Assembly (NCBI GenBank): GCA_002104905.1
Contig: MCFE01000210.1
Span: 62,001-126,000 of the forward strand
Length of the DNA: 64,000 nucleotides
From: Basidiobolus meristosporus CBS 931.73
Lineage: Eukaryota > Fungi > Basidiobolomycota
Reading direction: 5' to 3'
Below, piece by piece: positions 27,599 to 38,869 of the stretch; within the stretch, counting starts at the first letter, position 1; every line of letters starts with the position of its first letter. Both the position numbers and the translations under genes were made by a program. Under the pieces are notes generated by a model. That model did not search any database. It was not told the origin of the DNA and was given only the letters and a program-made list of their open reading frames with translations.

Positions 27599-28658
27599 GA
27601 TAATATATAATAAACAAGGCTAGTAATGTATGTTGAAATCTATGCAAAAACGTAACCACTAAAGCTGTGTTTGGCAATGGAGGGAAGGAACGCTGCTGCT
27701 TATATACCTAGATGGGTGTTGATCATTACTGAGCTGATTTGGAATCATTTTGTTTGGATCGGACAGTAGAGTAGAGTACAATCTAAGCATATGATCAGAA
27801 ATGACAGGTTTGATGGCAATAGGCGCAATCAATAGGGTTTCTTGACAGTAGAAATGAAGCGAGCATCTGTAGAGTTGACAATGCCTCCGGTTGTGCTTTC
27901 TAATAATTCTATTTTCTGAGGCAACAATCGAATGCATCGCGGAGCCTAAGATCTCCACCATCCGCTTGGGGACGCCTGCTTGGTGGGGGAATCTATGATC
28001 AGTGCAGCTTGCTAAATCCCCGGCCATCACATTCTCATCGCAGGATTCCACTGCAAGCAATAGTAAAATAGACTGGCTTATAGTGTTGACGCCGACATCT
28101 GCTCACCCACACTGGAGGGTGTGCTTGTGCTTACGCTATGACGCCAAACAAAGGGTAGCACACAATTTCTGACAGCCTGCCAATCGCTCCCTCTGGCAAA
28201 ACCCCATGGCTCCTCCAAAGCAGGAGCAGTAGATTCCTAGTTGCGTCCATAATTAGCACTTCTGATTAAGGGATGAGTGCTATCCGCCTACTTCACATCC
28301 CCCGCCCCCTGGTCACCAAACATACGGGATGCTTATGCATTTATTGGGGGTTGAGGCAGCTCTCCAGTGGGATCACCCAGTGTGCACATTGGGGAACAGC
28401 ATAAAATGATGAAAGAGGTGATGGATTCCAATTAGGAGATTTTCCTGCTTTAATTGTGGGGGGGGTGAGGGAAGCATCGCATCAAACATCGACGGCTACC
28501 CCAATGACGAGATGCTTCCTTTATGCAGCTGGCGCATACTTGATGAACTCTGCGCACTGCTCATCTCCCTACCAAGATGATTGACGATACACGCTCTTTT
28601 CGCTAAACTTTGTGATTGATTTTGTTTATTTTTATGTGTAGATTTACAGCAGTTGATT

Positions 28659-30323
28659 CTATGGAAGGTAATCCCCATGAACATCGATTCCTCTCATGTG
28701 GAGTTTTTTCATGGTACCCTCGTCACCACGAGTTTGTGGGGTGTTCTTCTTCAAACTAGCCGTAATCGAGTCCAAGTCCAAGCTTAGGTAGTTGCGTATG
28801 AACCTACCAATCTCGGTATTCTCATGATTGCCGGCCAACTGATGCGAGTCAGCACCATAGGCATACAGGTTTACATCGACTCCAGTATGTCCATGGGTAG
28901 TCCAGCCCAACTCCGCTCGAACGCTGACCATCTCAGAAAGATGATGGGCGTAGTCAGAGGCGCCGTGCTTGTTCCCCAGGAAATCAAGCTCCTCCTTCGT
29001 GGCATCCGTAATCCCTAGTTGCTCCTTAACCATGCCGCTGGCAAACTCCCTTCGGTCCTCTTTATCGTATGTAAAGAGCATCTGCCCCAATGCGAACGAT
29101 GATTTCTTGCATTTCGAGATTACTTCAGGATACCAGATATACTTGGGATAACTGGTTGTTACCTGGCGACCCACAGTGAACCCACCAGTTTCGTGGTCAC
29201 TCACCGAAATCATGACGGTTCCTGGATTGGCGTCAACATACTTCTTCACGGTAGCGACGGTGTCTTGATAAGCAAGGATTTCGTGAAGGTGGCCAACTGG
29301 GTCGTTTTCATGCGCCGCCATATCTATACGGCTGCCCTCGACCATTAGGAAGAACCCTTTGTCGCTCTTCTCAGTAGATTTGCTCAACAAATCCAGCGCT
29401 TTTTGGGTCATTTCACTGAGCGAAGGTTGTGCTACCGGATCGCGGTCGATGTCATAGTCCATATGATCGAGAGCAAAGAGTCCCAACAAGGGAAATGAGC
29501 TGTCTGTTCGGAGATTATCGAATTCCTTTCTAGACTGAATATATCCAAATCCGCCCTTCTGCGCCTGTTGGATCAGATCCTTCTCATCCGGTCGGCAACT
29601 CCCTTCGGTAGTATTGGGTAAGAAGAAGCACTTTCCACCCCCAAACATTACATCCACGGTAGGCCCCAATACGTAATCCCAATTTGTTGTTCGGCGATAA
29701 GGTGCTCCAAGTTACGGTGAACGACATGGGAGGAGAACGAGGCCGGTGTTGCATGTGTGATACGGCTCGTCACAACTAGTCCCGTAAGTAGCCCGTTGGC
29801 CTTGGCAGCCTCGAGAACAGTACCACAAGGTACCTCATCAGAATCTACCCCAATAGCGTTGTTGTAGGTTTTCATGATGCAAGAGATAGCAGTGGCTCCA
29901 GCCGCGGAATCAGTAATCATACTGGAGTTTGAACGGGTTCTGGATGCGCCAACTAGAATGCTGTCCAGTGGTGTTTCGTAATCGACCGGGAGATTTTTTG
30001 ACCACTGATAGTATAGACGAGAATAAGTCTCGGAAGCAGGGCCGAAGCCGTCGGATATCATCATAATCACATTCCGCTTGGGCTCAACTAAGTAAACCGA
30101 TATCAATATTTGTCATTGGTAACGATACGAGGAAGCCCGACTTACCATTGAAACTATAATGTAAAAGTATGATACAACCCACGAATAGGCTTATAATTAC
30201 AGTAAATGCCAAATAAAATAGAGGGTTCCTTCGAATTGGACGAGAGCGGTTGTTGATAAACTCCTCTCTCTCCTCATTCGAGGAGCTTGACAAAGTGTCG
30301 TAAATTACAGTTCCTTTCGCCAT
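28659..30323 (-). CDS. PHO8: Vacuolar-type alkaline phosphatase with an apparent 1-nt frameshift at 29678-29680
   Basis: N-terminal transmembrane anchor, KRNVIMMISDGFGP, TDSAAGATA, RITHATPASF, FFLMVEGSRIDMAAH, SDHETGG, GWTTHGHTGVDV. The frame breaks between QQIG and LGPTVDVMFGGG with no room for an intron. Confidence 0.93.
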
Positions 30324-30923
30324 GCTCTACAGCGATAATACTAGAAAGGTGTGAGGTGCACAATCGGCGAACACAGCGTCAAATTCGAAGGTCGGTGAGT
30401 CCAAAAATAATACCAAGACGGGAATTTAATAAAGTTATATGAAAGGAACGAAGCTGGAATTAGGAAGCGGGGACCCCCGGAATTTATAGCAATACGCCTT
30501 ATCTGTGATATTGAACCCTTAAATCGTTAGAATTAGTCATACTCACCAAAATCGTAATGCATCACAAAGTCATCTCCTAATATCGTAATCAACTCCCTTG
30601 CATGCAGTGCACCATTCTCCGCTAGTTGATCATTCGAATAAGAAATGACATGTGCGATAAGCTGATTTCCACTAGATCATGATGCAGATGTGACTTGATA
30701 TGCCACTGCTCCAGTGCCCTCGAAACCATATTAATTAATTTGCGTGATGATGTCGGTTAGCACCATTTAAATATTACCAATATCGTTTGACTCGCCCAGA
30801 TCCAGGTTGGGATTGGTCAATGCTACCCAATCACCACAAGGTACACATATCACGTCAGTCTATGATCCAGATTTTATTAACATTTACTCTAAATGCTTTA
30901 CAAAAACGTATTCACATATATCA

Positions 30924-32649
30924 TCAAAGGATGTTGCGGAAAGCTGGGTTCCCTGACACTTCTTTGATCAGGACCCCTTGTTGCTCCGCCAGATCGTAGC
31001 GCTTGTTTTCTTGCTTCATGCTAATCTTCATTGCAAACGCCAATAGGATGGCCATGGACAGGAAACAGACATTCAACCAATTGCTGCGTAGATACTGGGG
31101 CGCCTCGTCTGCTCTATAGAACTGGCTGGCAATCAATCCTAAAGTTTCGGCTGATGTCAGATCTGGAATTCAACAAGTGGACTCAGTCACCTTATACTAA
31201 CCTCCACAATTGCCGAAGGCAATCACCATGGCTGAGGTGGTCGCGGCTTTGGTAGCACCAATGACGTTGTTTGTGACCCAGGAAAGCAGTACCGGAACGC
31301 AGGAGAACACTCCCATCGCCGCCACACAGGCTGCGGCATAACGCGCCTTTAGCTCAGTCATGGTGGACATCAAAACAAGCCCCACGATGCCCACACCAGC
31401 CTGGAGTATCAGATGGTACCCGCGCTCCTTGGTCCGGTCGGAGTGGTATGAGGTAGCTAGGGTAAACAAGAAAGCCAGGAAATAAGGCGGACAGGTGAAA
31501 AGCTGTGCAGTCAAGCTTGAGAAGCCCAAGCCGCGAACGATAGTGGGCAAGAACAGAGAAATGGAGTACACCGGAGTGTTGACCCCGACGTACATGAACA
31601 TGTACATCCACGTTTTGTAGCTTTTCACGGCGTTCGTGAATTGGGATCTGTCAAATTTGGATTCGGATAGGTTGGTGAAATCCTGACTCAGCCGAGCTTC
31701 CGCCAGCTCTCTCTCGGATTCAGTGAGCCATTTTGCCTGATGAGGATAGTTTGGCAGGTAGAACCTTTACATCGAGCTGGGTTTCAGGATGATTGGGCAA
31801 CGTATATCAGTTGATGTTGGTGCACTTACCAGGTGATGATTCCCACCAGAATGGTCGCTAGTCCTTCGATGAGGAAGATCCATTGCCACCCCTTCAATTT
31901 GCTGACTCCGTTCATCCGTCCCATGCCATACGCCAGAGCACCTCCAAAAGCACCGGCCAAGGACGCCGAAGAGAAGAACAAGGCGAATCTTGTGCACTGT
32001 TCTCTCCTTGTGTACCAGAATGTGAGGTAGAAAATCAAGCCTGGGAAAAGACTTGAACACAGGGGGTTACACGACTGGAGCATTTTGGAACGGGGATTCT
32101 CTGCACTTACCCCGCCTCAGCAACACCCAAGAAGAAGCGAGCAGCCACAAGGCCCGCAAAGTTTGTAACACCGGCTGTGGCCATGGTTACTGCACCCCAG
32201 CTCACCATGATTCTTGCAATCCAACGCGAGGGGGAAAACCTCTTGATCACCAGGTTCGAGGGGATATCAAAGACAATGAATCCTGTAGGATCATGGATCA
32301 CGTATCATGGAACCTGTTCAATACATATGTGCCAAAGCTCATCAAGGTGGATCACTAACCAATGAAAAACACCGAGAGGACCCAGGCATATTGCGAAGAT
32401 GTCAGGTTCAAATCGTCCTCGATGTGAATCAACCGTGCATTTCCTAGTGGGCCAGTCAGTCAAACAAGATCAGAAGGGTTTTGTGGTGGATGGTGTACCT
32501 ATATTGACGCGGTCCAGGAAGGAAAAAAAGTAAAGGAGACTGAGGAAGGGCATCAGCCGGAGATCTAGTTTGTGCTTGAGGGCCAGCGTCCTCCGCTTCA
32601 ACTCTGCCTCCGGGTTGGACGTGGTCGAGCTACTTTCATTCATCGACAT
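30924..32649 (-). CDS. MFS transporter, anion:cation symporter (Dal5/Tna1-like), multi-exon
   Basis: KLDLRLMP...FLDRVNIG, FDIPSN, RFFLGVAEAG, FYLTFWYTRREQ..RFALFF, GWQWIFLIEG, SLFLPTIV..LG, SDRTKERG. Confidence 0.9.
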
Positions 32650-32815
32650 GATGGAAGTTTACAAAACGCTGTGGAGGAAGACAGTGACCTTATTTAAAGT
32701 CGGCCACTCCATCGGAAGCCACATCCTGTATGCACTCCTCACTAAGGCCAGTGTATGTATACCCTGATCGGTAAATAATTCCGGTAAGATTGGCCGAATA
32801 GGTTGCCAAGGGAAA

Positions 32816-32903
32816 TTCAATGGTGCTTATGGTCACAGGTGTTCAATGGTGCTGATGGTCACAGGTGTTCAATGGTGCTGATGGTCACAGGTGTTCAATG
32901 GTG
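32816..32903. repeat. 26-bp minisatellite, about 3.4 copies
   Basis: Unit TTCAATGGTGCT(T/G)ATGGTCACAGGTG at 32816, 32842 and 32868, plus a partial copy at 32894. Confidence 0.95.
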
Positions 32904-33119
32904 TCGCCAAATAGATCTGATATCAGAAATGGCCATTCCATAGGGTGGTATTTTAGTGAGAGCTGATGGAAATGCTTGCGTATGCCTGATTAATTGCCAA
33001 CCCTCGAGACTTTCAGCAACAAATAAAATTTCTACTGTTACAACAATCATTGGTTACAAGGAACAGGTGCGTCTGTTCTAGGGAAAGATAAGAAAATTTT
33101 CTCGATATATTCACCAATA

Positions 33120-34871
33120 ATGTCTTTCCTACGGATACCCAAGAACGTTACGGCTCTCTCAAAGTTTTCGAGAACCTACTTCTCTACCAGCTCAAGAATG
33201 TCCCAACAACCTGACGGCCTTATCCTTGGGGTCTACAAAGACCTCACCCTCGCTAACTCTGTTAAAGCATTGGACGAAAATGTAAAGACCCAGCTCACCG
33301 AGCAGCTGAAGAACTCCGGAGCAACCGGAAAACTTGGGGAATTGAGAGTCTTGTACGGTCTTGATTCTTGCCCCAAGCAAGTGGCCGTTGTCGGATTAGG
33401 CAAGGCTGCCGAGGCCTCTGTGCCTAAGAACATGGAGAATGCCCGTAAAGCTGTAGGTGCCTTTTCCTATGCTACCGAGACACCTCCGATCTTTTGCTGA
33501 TGGCTCGCTTTTCCCTTGTATTTTATAGGCTGCTATCGGTGCCAGAGCCCTTCGCGAACAAGGTGCCAAGGTTATCGCAGTCGATTCCTTGGGCAGTCTT
33601 CAAGGTTAGTTGCGTCAAGCTTTTCGGATACCATACTTAGCAAAGTGATAACCCACGTATCAACCTAGGTGCCGTCGAAGGTGCTAAGCTTGGCCTGTAT
33701 AGCTTCGACAGCCTCAAGGCCGAGAAATCTCGTAAGCCTTTGGTTGAAGTCACCCCCTACGATCAAACCGAGCAGGAATCTTCTGCCTGGAAGAACGGAC
33801 TTGCTTGCTCTGAGGCTCAGAATTTCGCTCGTATCCTTGCTGAAACTCCTGCCAACCATATGACCCCTCGCTTGTTTGCCGATCAAGTCGCAAGCAAGCT
33901 TTCACCATTGGAAAATGTTGAGGTTATTGTCAGAGATGGCGAGTGGGCTGAGGAGATGAAGATGGGTGCTTTCTTGTCCGTTACTCGTGGCAGTGCCGCT
34001 CCACCAAGATTTGTCGAGATTCATTACAGAGGTGGCAAAGAGAATGAGAAGCCACTTGCACTTGTCGGTAAAGGTGTGACCTTCGACAGTGGAGGTATCT
34101 CTATCAAGCCTTCCGCCAACATGCATCTCATGAAGGGTGATATGGGCGGTGCTGCTGCCGTTGCTGGTGCCATGTTCGGTATTGCCAGCCTTCAATTGCC
34201 CATCAATGTCGTTGCCTGCATTCCTCTTTGCGAAAATATGCCATCCGGTACCGCTACCAAGCCTGGAGATGTCATCACCGCAATGAACGGCAAGACCATT
34301 GAGGTATTTATTGATTGTACGCCCGCCGATCGCGACGAGAGGCATCCATTAACGTAGTTTTCTACAGGTCCTCAACACTGACGCCGAAGGAAGATTGATC
34401 TTGGCCGACGCCATTTACTATGCCAGCACCACCTTCAAGCCCCACACTTTGATTGACGTCGCTACTTTGACTGGCGCGATGGTTATCGCTTTGGGTGATG
34501 TCTTCTCCGGTGTCTTCACCAACTCCGACTCCCTCTGGAAGCAGCTTGATGACGCTGGCCACAACACCAGCGACATGTTCTGGAGAATGCCACTCCACCC
34601 ATCTTACAAGAAGCTCATCACCGAATCTCCAGTTGCTGACTTGATGAATGTCGGTAGTCGTGCCGGTGGCTCCTGCACCGCCGCCATCTTCTTGAAGGAG
34701 TTCGTTGCTGGCTTGGACGACGAAGAGGCCGACGAGGCCGAGCAAATTCGCTTCGCTCACATCGATATTGCCGGTAGTATGGATAGCGGCAGCACCAACG
34801 GCTACACCATCAAGGGAATGACTGGTCGTCCCACTCGCTCCTTGATTGAATTCGCCAGAACCTTCCAATAA
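33120..34871 (+). CDS. M17 leucine aminopeptidase (LAP3/PepA family), 4 exons
   Basis: LVGKGVTFDSGGISIK, MKGDMGGAA, ENMPSG.A.KPGDV, NTDAEGRL.LADA, DVATLTGA, AHIDIAG. Presequence-like N-terminus. Confidence 0.95.
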
Positions 34872-34957
34872 GTTAATGCCCACCTAGATGTCTAAATAAA
34901 ATCCATATTTATTATTATGCGAAGAATGTTATGTTGTCTAAACTATGTTACATCACA

Positions 34958-37030
34958 TCAATGATACAGCTTGATTAGGGTTGCCCATGTTCGTGGATGG
35001 TATTTCATCATGAAATTAATGATCTGCACCACGTCCTGAGGGGACCCTCGGTTTTTCAATTGAGTGATCAGAGTTTGGCACACTTTGATGTCCACCGCGA
35101 TGCCATACTGGATCATCTCCTCAAAGAAGACCTTCTTGGCCCTCTCCGTGTGCCCCAGCCTACACTGTGCTTCGATGAACGACGCGAAATGGTTGCTGTT
35201 CAGAGGGTAGCGAGGCTTGACGTAGTCCCAGAAGCTCTGCAGGAATGCCTCGTCGGATGCAAACCCGCACGAATCGATGATTGAGGAGATGAACGACAAC
35301 TGGGACTCCTTGGAGAAGCCCTGCACCTGGATGTTGTTCCAAAGCTTCATCACCTCGTCATGCTGACCTAGGCGGTTGTGGCTTTTGATCGCCAGGGCGT
35401 AAAGGTTGCTGTCCGGTTCGATATGCCATCTCTGCAGTTCGTCGAAGTAGTGCAAGGCTTGGCGGTAGTTTCGCGAGTGCAGGTGAAGCTCCATCAGCAT
35501 TCGAAACGTGTGTCTGTTGGGCCTGATCCCCTTGCCCTGCTTTGTCATTTGCAGATAGAGCGCGTCGGCTGAAGCGATTTTCTTTTGGGCTCGACAGGCC
35601 CCCAGCAGGTAGTAATAGATCCCCAGGTTAGGGCTGATCTGATTGCTCAGCATATCCTGGAAGATGTCCATCAGCGTGGCAAGCGGTAACTTTGTGTGCC
35701 CGGCGCCAATCAGCAGATTGTACGTTTTGAAGTTGGGTTGGACTTTGACTCGCTTCATCTGGCTGTACACCTCTAAGGCTAGGTCGATGTTCTCTCTAGA
35801 GCAGGCACGAATCAAGTTGTTGATCAACACGATGTCGGTCGCGTATCCTTTCTGCACTGCATCGTTGAACAAGCCTATCGCGGATGTCAGTTGGTCGTCG
35901 GCAATATAGGCCCCAGCAAGAATCGAGAGGGTGAAAGCGTTGGGCTGGATGTTGCGCTCCAGCATCTGGTTATACAGCTCCTTGGCTTCGTTCAACCCGG
36001 AATGCTTTGCCGCGGCGTGGATGAGGGAGGAATAAATCACGACGTTGGGCTCGACTCCACTTTCCTCCATGTTCTCAAACACCTGGTTCATCTTTGGAAG
36101 GTCCCCTATCTTGGAATATAGCGAGATCAGCGAGGAAAAGGTGACCACGTCGGGGACGATCTTCTGCTCCAGCATCGCATCATAGATTGCTGCCGCTTTC
36201 GAGGCCTCAAGGCCTCTGGTGTACAGGTTAATCATGGAGGTGAAGATGCTGGCATCGGGCGTGATGCCCTTCGTAAGCATCTCATCGTAGAGTGTGTGCG
36301 CTCTGGCGTAATCCGAGGTGTTGACATATGTGGAGATTAAGGTGGAGTAGGTGTACAGATCTTTCTCAATCGAGGCCGAGTCCATATCTGCGAGGATCCT
36401 GGGGAGATGCCTGGTGTTGTTGTGGATTTTGAAGGAGTGCAATAACAGATTATAGGTGTACACGTTGGGTAGGAGGGATTGCTTGACCATCTGCTCATAC
36501 ACCGCAAACGCTTTGGTGCTGCTGGCTTTCCCAACCAACTCGAGGTAGTTGTTGTATATAAAAGTGTTGAGCGGGAGCTCCCTTAGCTTCAGGGCGGAGA
36601 GGACCTCCTCGCACTCGCGGAGTAGCCCAAATCTGTTGAACGCCTTAAACAAGCCCCCGTAGTCTCGGAGGCCGTCAAGTTGAAAGTTGGCTTTTCGCAA
36701 CTCCTCGTGGAAAGAACTCAACTTGTCTCGCCAGAAAGGGGTAGGCTTTGACTGGGCAAAGAGCGATACAAGTTTCCCAGCTGCCAGCAGGGAGTTAGAC
36801 GTCTCTTTTGAAGATTTGTATTCGGAAAAGGCGTCCCTCCATTCTGCTACTAGGGTGGCATTTTCAGGGGAATGAACAGGCGTTTCTTTGGGAGCTATTG
36901 AAGAGATCTGCTGTACACTGAAGAGGTTCGCTCTGCCAAGCCGTAAAGACGAGCTGCCCGAGACGAAAAGGTGCTTCGGATACACTCGGGGGATGGCAGC
37001 TTGAGGGCGGAGAACCTTAAAAAGGAACAT
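34958..37030 (-). CDS. Pentatricopeptide-repeat (PPR) protein, likely mitochondrial, intronless
   Basis: Tandem 35-aa repeats (PNVYTYNLLLH, DLYTYSTLIS, PDASIFTSMI, PDVVTFSSLI, PNVVIYSSLI, PNAFTLSIL, PNFKTYNLLI). ATG at 37030. Confidence 0.93.
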   Translation of the reverse strand: MFLFKVLRPQAAIPRVYPKHLFVSGSSSLRLGRANLFSVQQISSIAPKETPVHSPENATLVAEWRDAFSEYKSSKETSNSLLAAGKLVSLFAQSKPTPFWRDKLSSFHEELRKANFQLDGLRDYGGLFKAFNRFGLLRECEEVLSALKLRELPLNTFIYNNYLELVGKASSTKAFAVYEQMVKQSLLPNVYTYNLLLHSFKIHNNTRHLPRILADMDSASIEKDLYTYSTLISTYVNTSDYARAHTLYDEMLTKGITPDASIFTSMINLYTRGLEASKAAAIYDAMLEQKIVPDVVTFSSLISLYSKIGDLPKMNQVFENMEESGVEPNVVIYSSLIHAAAKHSGLNEAKELYNQMLERNIQPNAFTLSILAGAYIADDQLTSAIGLFNDAVQKGYATDIVLINNLIRACSRENIDLALEVYSQMKRVKVQPNFKTYNLLIGAGHTKLPLATLMDIFQDMLSNQISPNLGIYYYLLGACRAQKKIASADALYLQMTKQGKGIRPNRHTFRMLMELHLHSRNYRQALHYFDELQRWHIEPDSNLYALAIKSHNRLGQHDEVMKLWNNIQVQGFSKESQLSFISSIIDSCGFASDEAFLQSFWDYVKPRYPLNSNHFASFIEAQCRLGHTERAKKVFFEEMIQYGIAVDIKVCQTLITQLKNRGSPQDVVQIINFMMKYHPRTWATLIKLYH

Positions 37031-37318
37031 CGCACTTGCGCACTGGTGTTTGAAAGGTCGTGGAGAGGTTGATACCAAATATCTCTGGGACTCCGGATTC
37101 TAAATGGAATTATAAAAATTTCCACCATGAGCCATGGATTTTCAAACAAGAACGATTAAATTGCCGAATTAATTAGTTGATCATTCAGTTGGCAGGAACA
37201 TTGGTGATTTTTGGTTTCATCAGTTTACTTCGCTTTACTAGTAAGACATACGACTAAAAATACCAAGCACAGGATATAATATGTGCGCCGTCGCTATATG
37301 TGACTGTATAAGATGGGT

Positions 37319-38192
37319 TCAGGCAACTTTGTCCAAAGGTCGGTTAAATCCTCCTCTTCTATTCATGTACTGACGGTACTGTCGCTGTTTCTTTATGTCT
37401 GCTGTTCCGACCTCATTACCAGCGACTTTCTTTCCCTAAAGTTAAGAGCGTTGTGAGTCGAGATTCACACTGTAACGATGGAGCAAATAGACTGACTTTG
37501 GTGCTGGTAAAGCCTCCAATTCCCATGAGTGCCATCATCTTCTGCTCCTCATCCATATCGGCATCTACAATGGGCTCTGTGACCTGAAGTTAGCAAAAAC
37601 GAAAAATCAACGCTTCACAAATACTCCACTATACCAGTCTCTGGCGGTTGCGTACTGGAAGGGGTAGACACAATAGGGAAAACATCGATTATTATCGGGG
37701 TGCTTTTGTTCAATTGCTTGGGAACTTACCTTGGTGCCTTAGATTTGCTTCCCCGAGAATCTTGAACATTCAAAAAATGTGAGTGGATGGGCTTTTTGTT
37801 GAACCAACTAGAAACTCACCTTGTTCGTTCGTGCGAGTTGTCCCTTCACTTCTCTTTCGCTCCGGGGATCTTTTTCTTTTACTTGGGGACCGCGAGGCTC
37901 GGCGTCTTCTATCCGAGGAACGTGATCTACGCCTTTTCTCGCGAGATCGAGAGCGATATCGTCGTGGGGGAGAACGGGATCTATACCGTCTACCCGGTGA
38001 GCGGGATCTGCCACGTCTTTCAGGAGACCGAGATTTACCCCGTCTAATAGGAGAGCGGGAGCCCCTGCGACGTGGAGATCTGGATCTGTACCTGCCTTCT
38101 TCAGGATGATCTCTATCCCGATATTCCCCTGTGCCTCTTGACCGTCTTGAGCGATACTCTACCGATGAACTACGACTTCGACTACGCCCCAT
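37319..38192 (-). CDS. SNRNP27: U4/U6.U5 tri-snRNP 27 kDa protein (DUF1777), multi-exon
   Basis: RS-rich N-terminus. Spliced C-terminus [14 protein letters not shown]|GKKV...[23 protein letters not shown]. Confidence 0.92.
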
Positions 38193-38869
38193 GGTGTGTG
38201 AAAGTAGGTGGATATCTGCTCATGATTTGATAAATCAAGGAATTGCTCAAGGCCTGCACGTGAATTCAAGCGAACATTTTTTGTTGCATAATTTCTGGCC
38301 ATCTTTGATTAACTTTCCCAACCCTAAACCTAACTCTGACATGACAATCACCTTCCCTCTCCCTTCCTTTCCTTCCCTTATTTAACCTAACCTAAACCCG
38401 ATGCGTAGCGGTTTACCAATGATGGACAATTATGGTCAGTTTTCTCCGGCTCTACAAACGGAGAAACATCGCTAGATTTGGCAGGCTTTCGACAACTCCA
38501 TGTGTTTCGTATGCAACGAGCCTTGCTTGGCTGATGTTGGCCTGAAGGCGATGCATCCATGAGGATTACGAAGCCATTCCTCAGTACCGGTGTTGTTTGG
38601 AGGCAGCTCAAGTGAGGTGAAGAGAGCAATGGTGGTGATTCAGGTTGCTTCATGAAACAGTATGCATGGTGGTCCAGGCAGTAATCTGTGATTAGTCCAG
38701 ATTCCCAGGAATGCTTGGTCACAAAATTTTCGTCAATTGGGAAATACTGGAAATAGCATGATGAGTACCCCGAAGCAATTCGACCAGCGGGTCTCCGGCC
38801 TAGCACTGAATCTAGGTGGCTGACTGGATATAAATATTCCTCCTCACCCCGACTACCTTTAACACCATC

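Noticed and set aside
27659-28060. 133-aa minus-strand ORF upstream of the second cyclin
   Set aside because: Non-ATG start, no motifs and no clear splice link to the cyclin.
33902-34883. Minus-strand ORFs opposite the aminopeptidase
   Set aside because: Antisense shadows.
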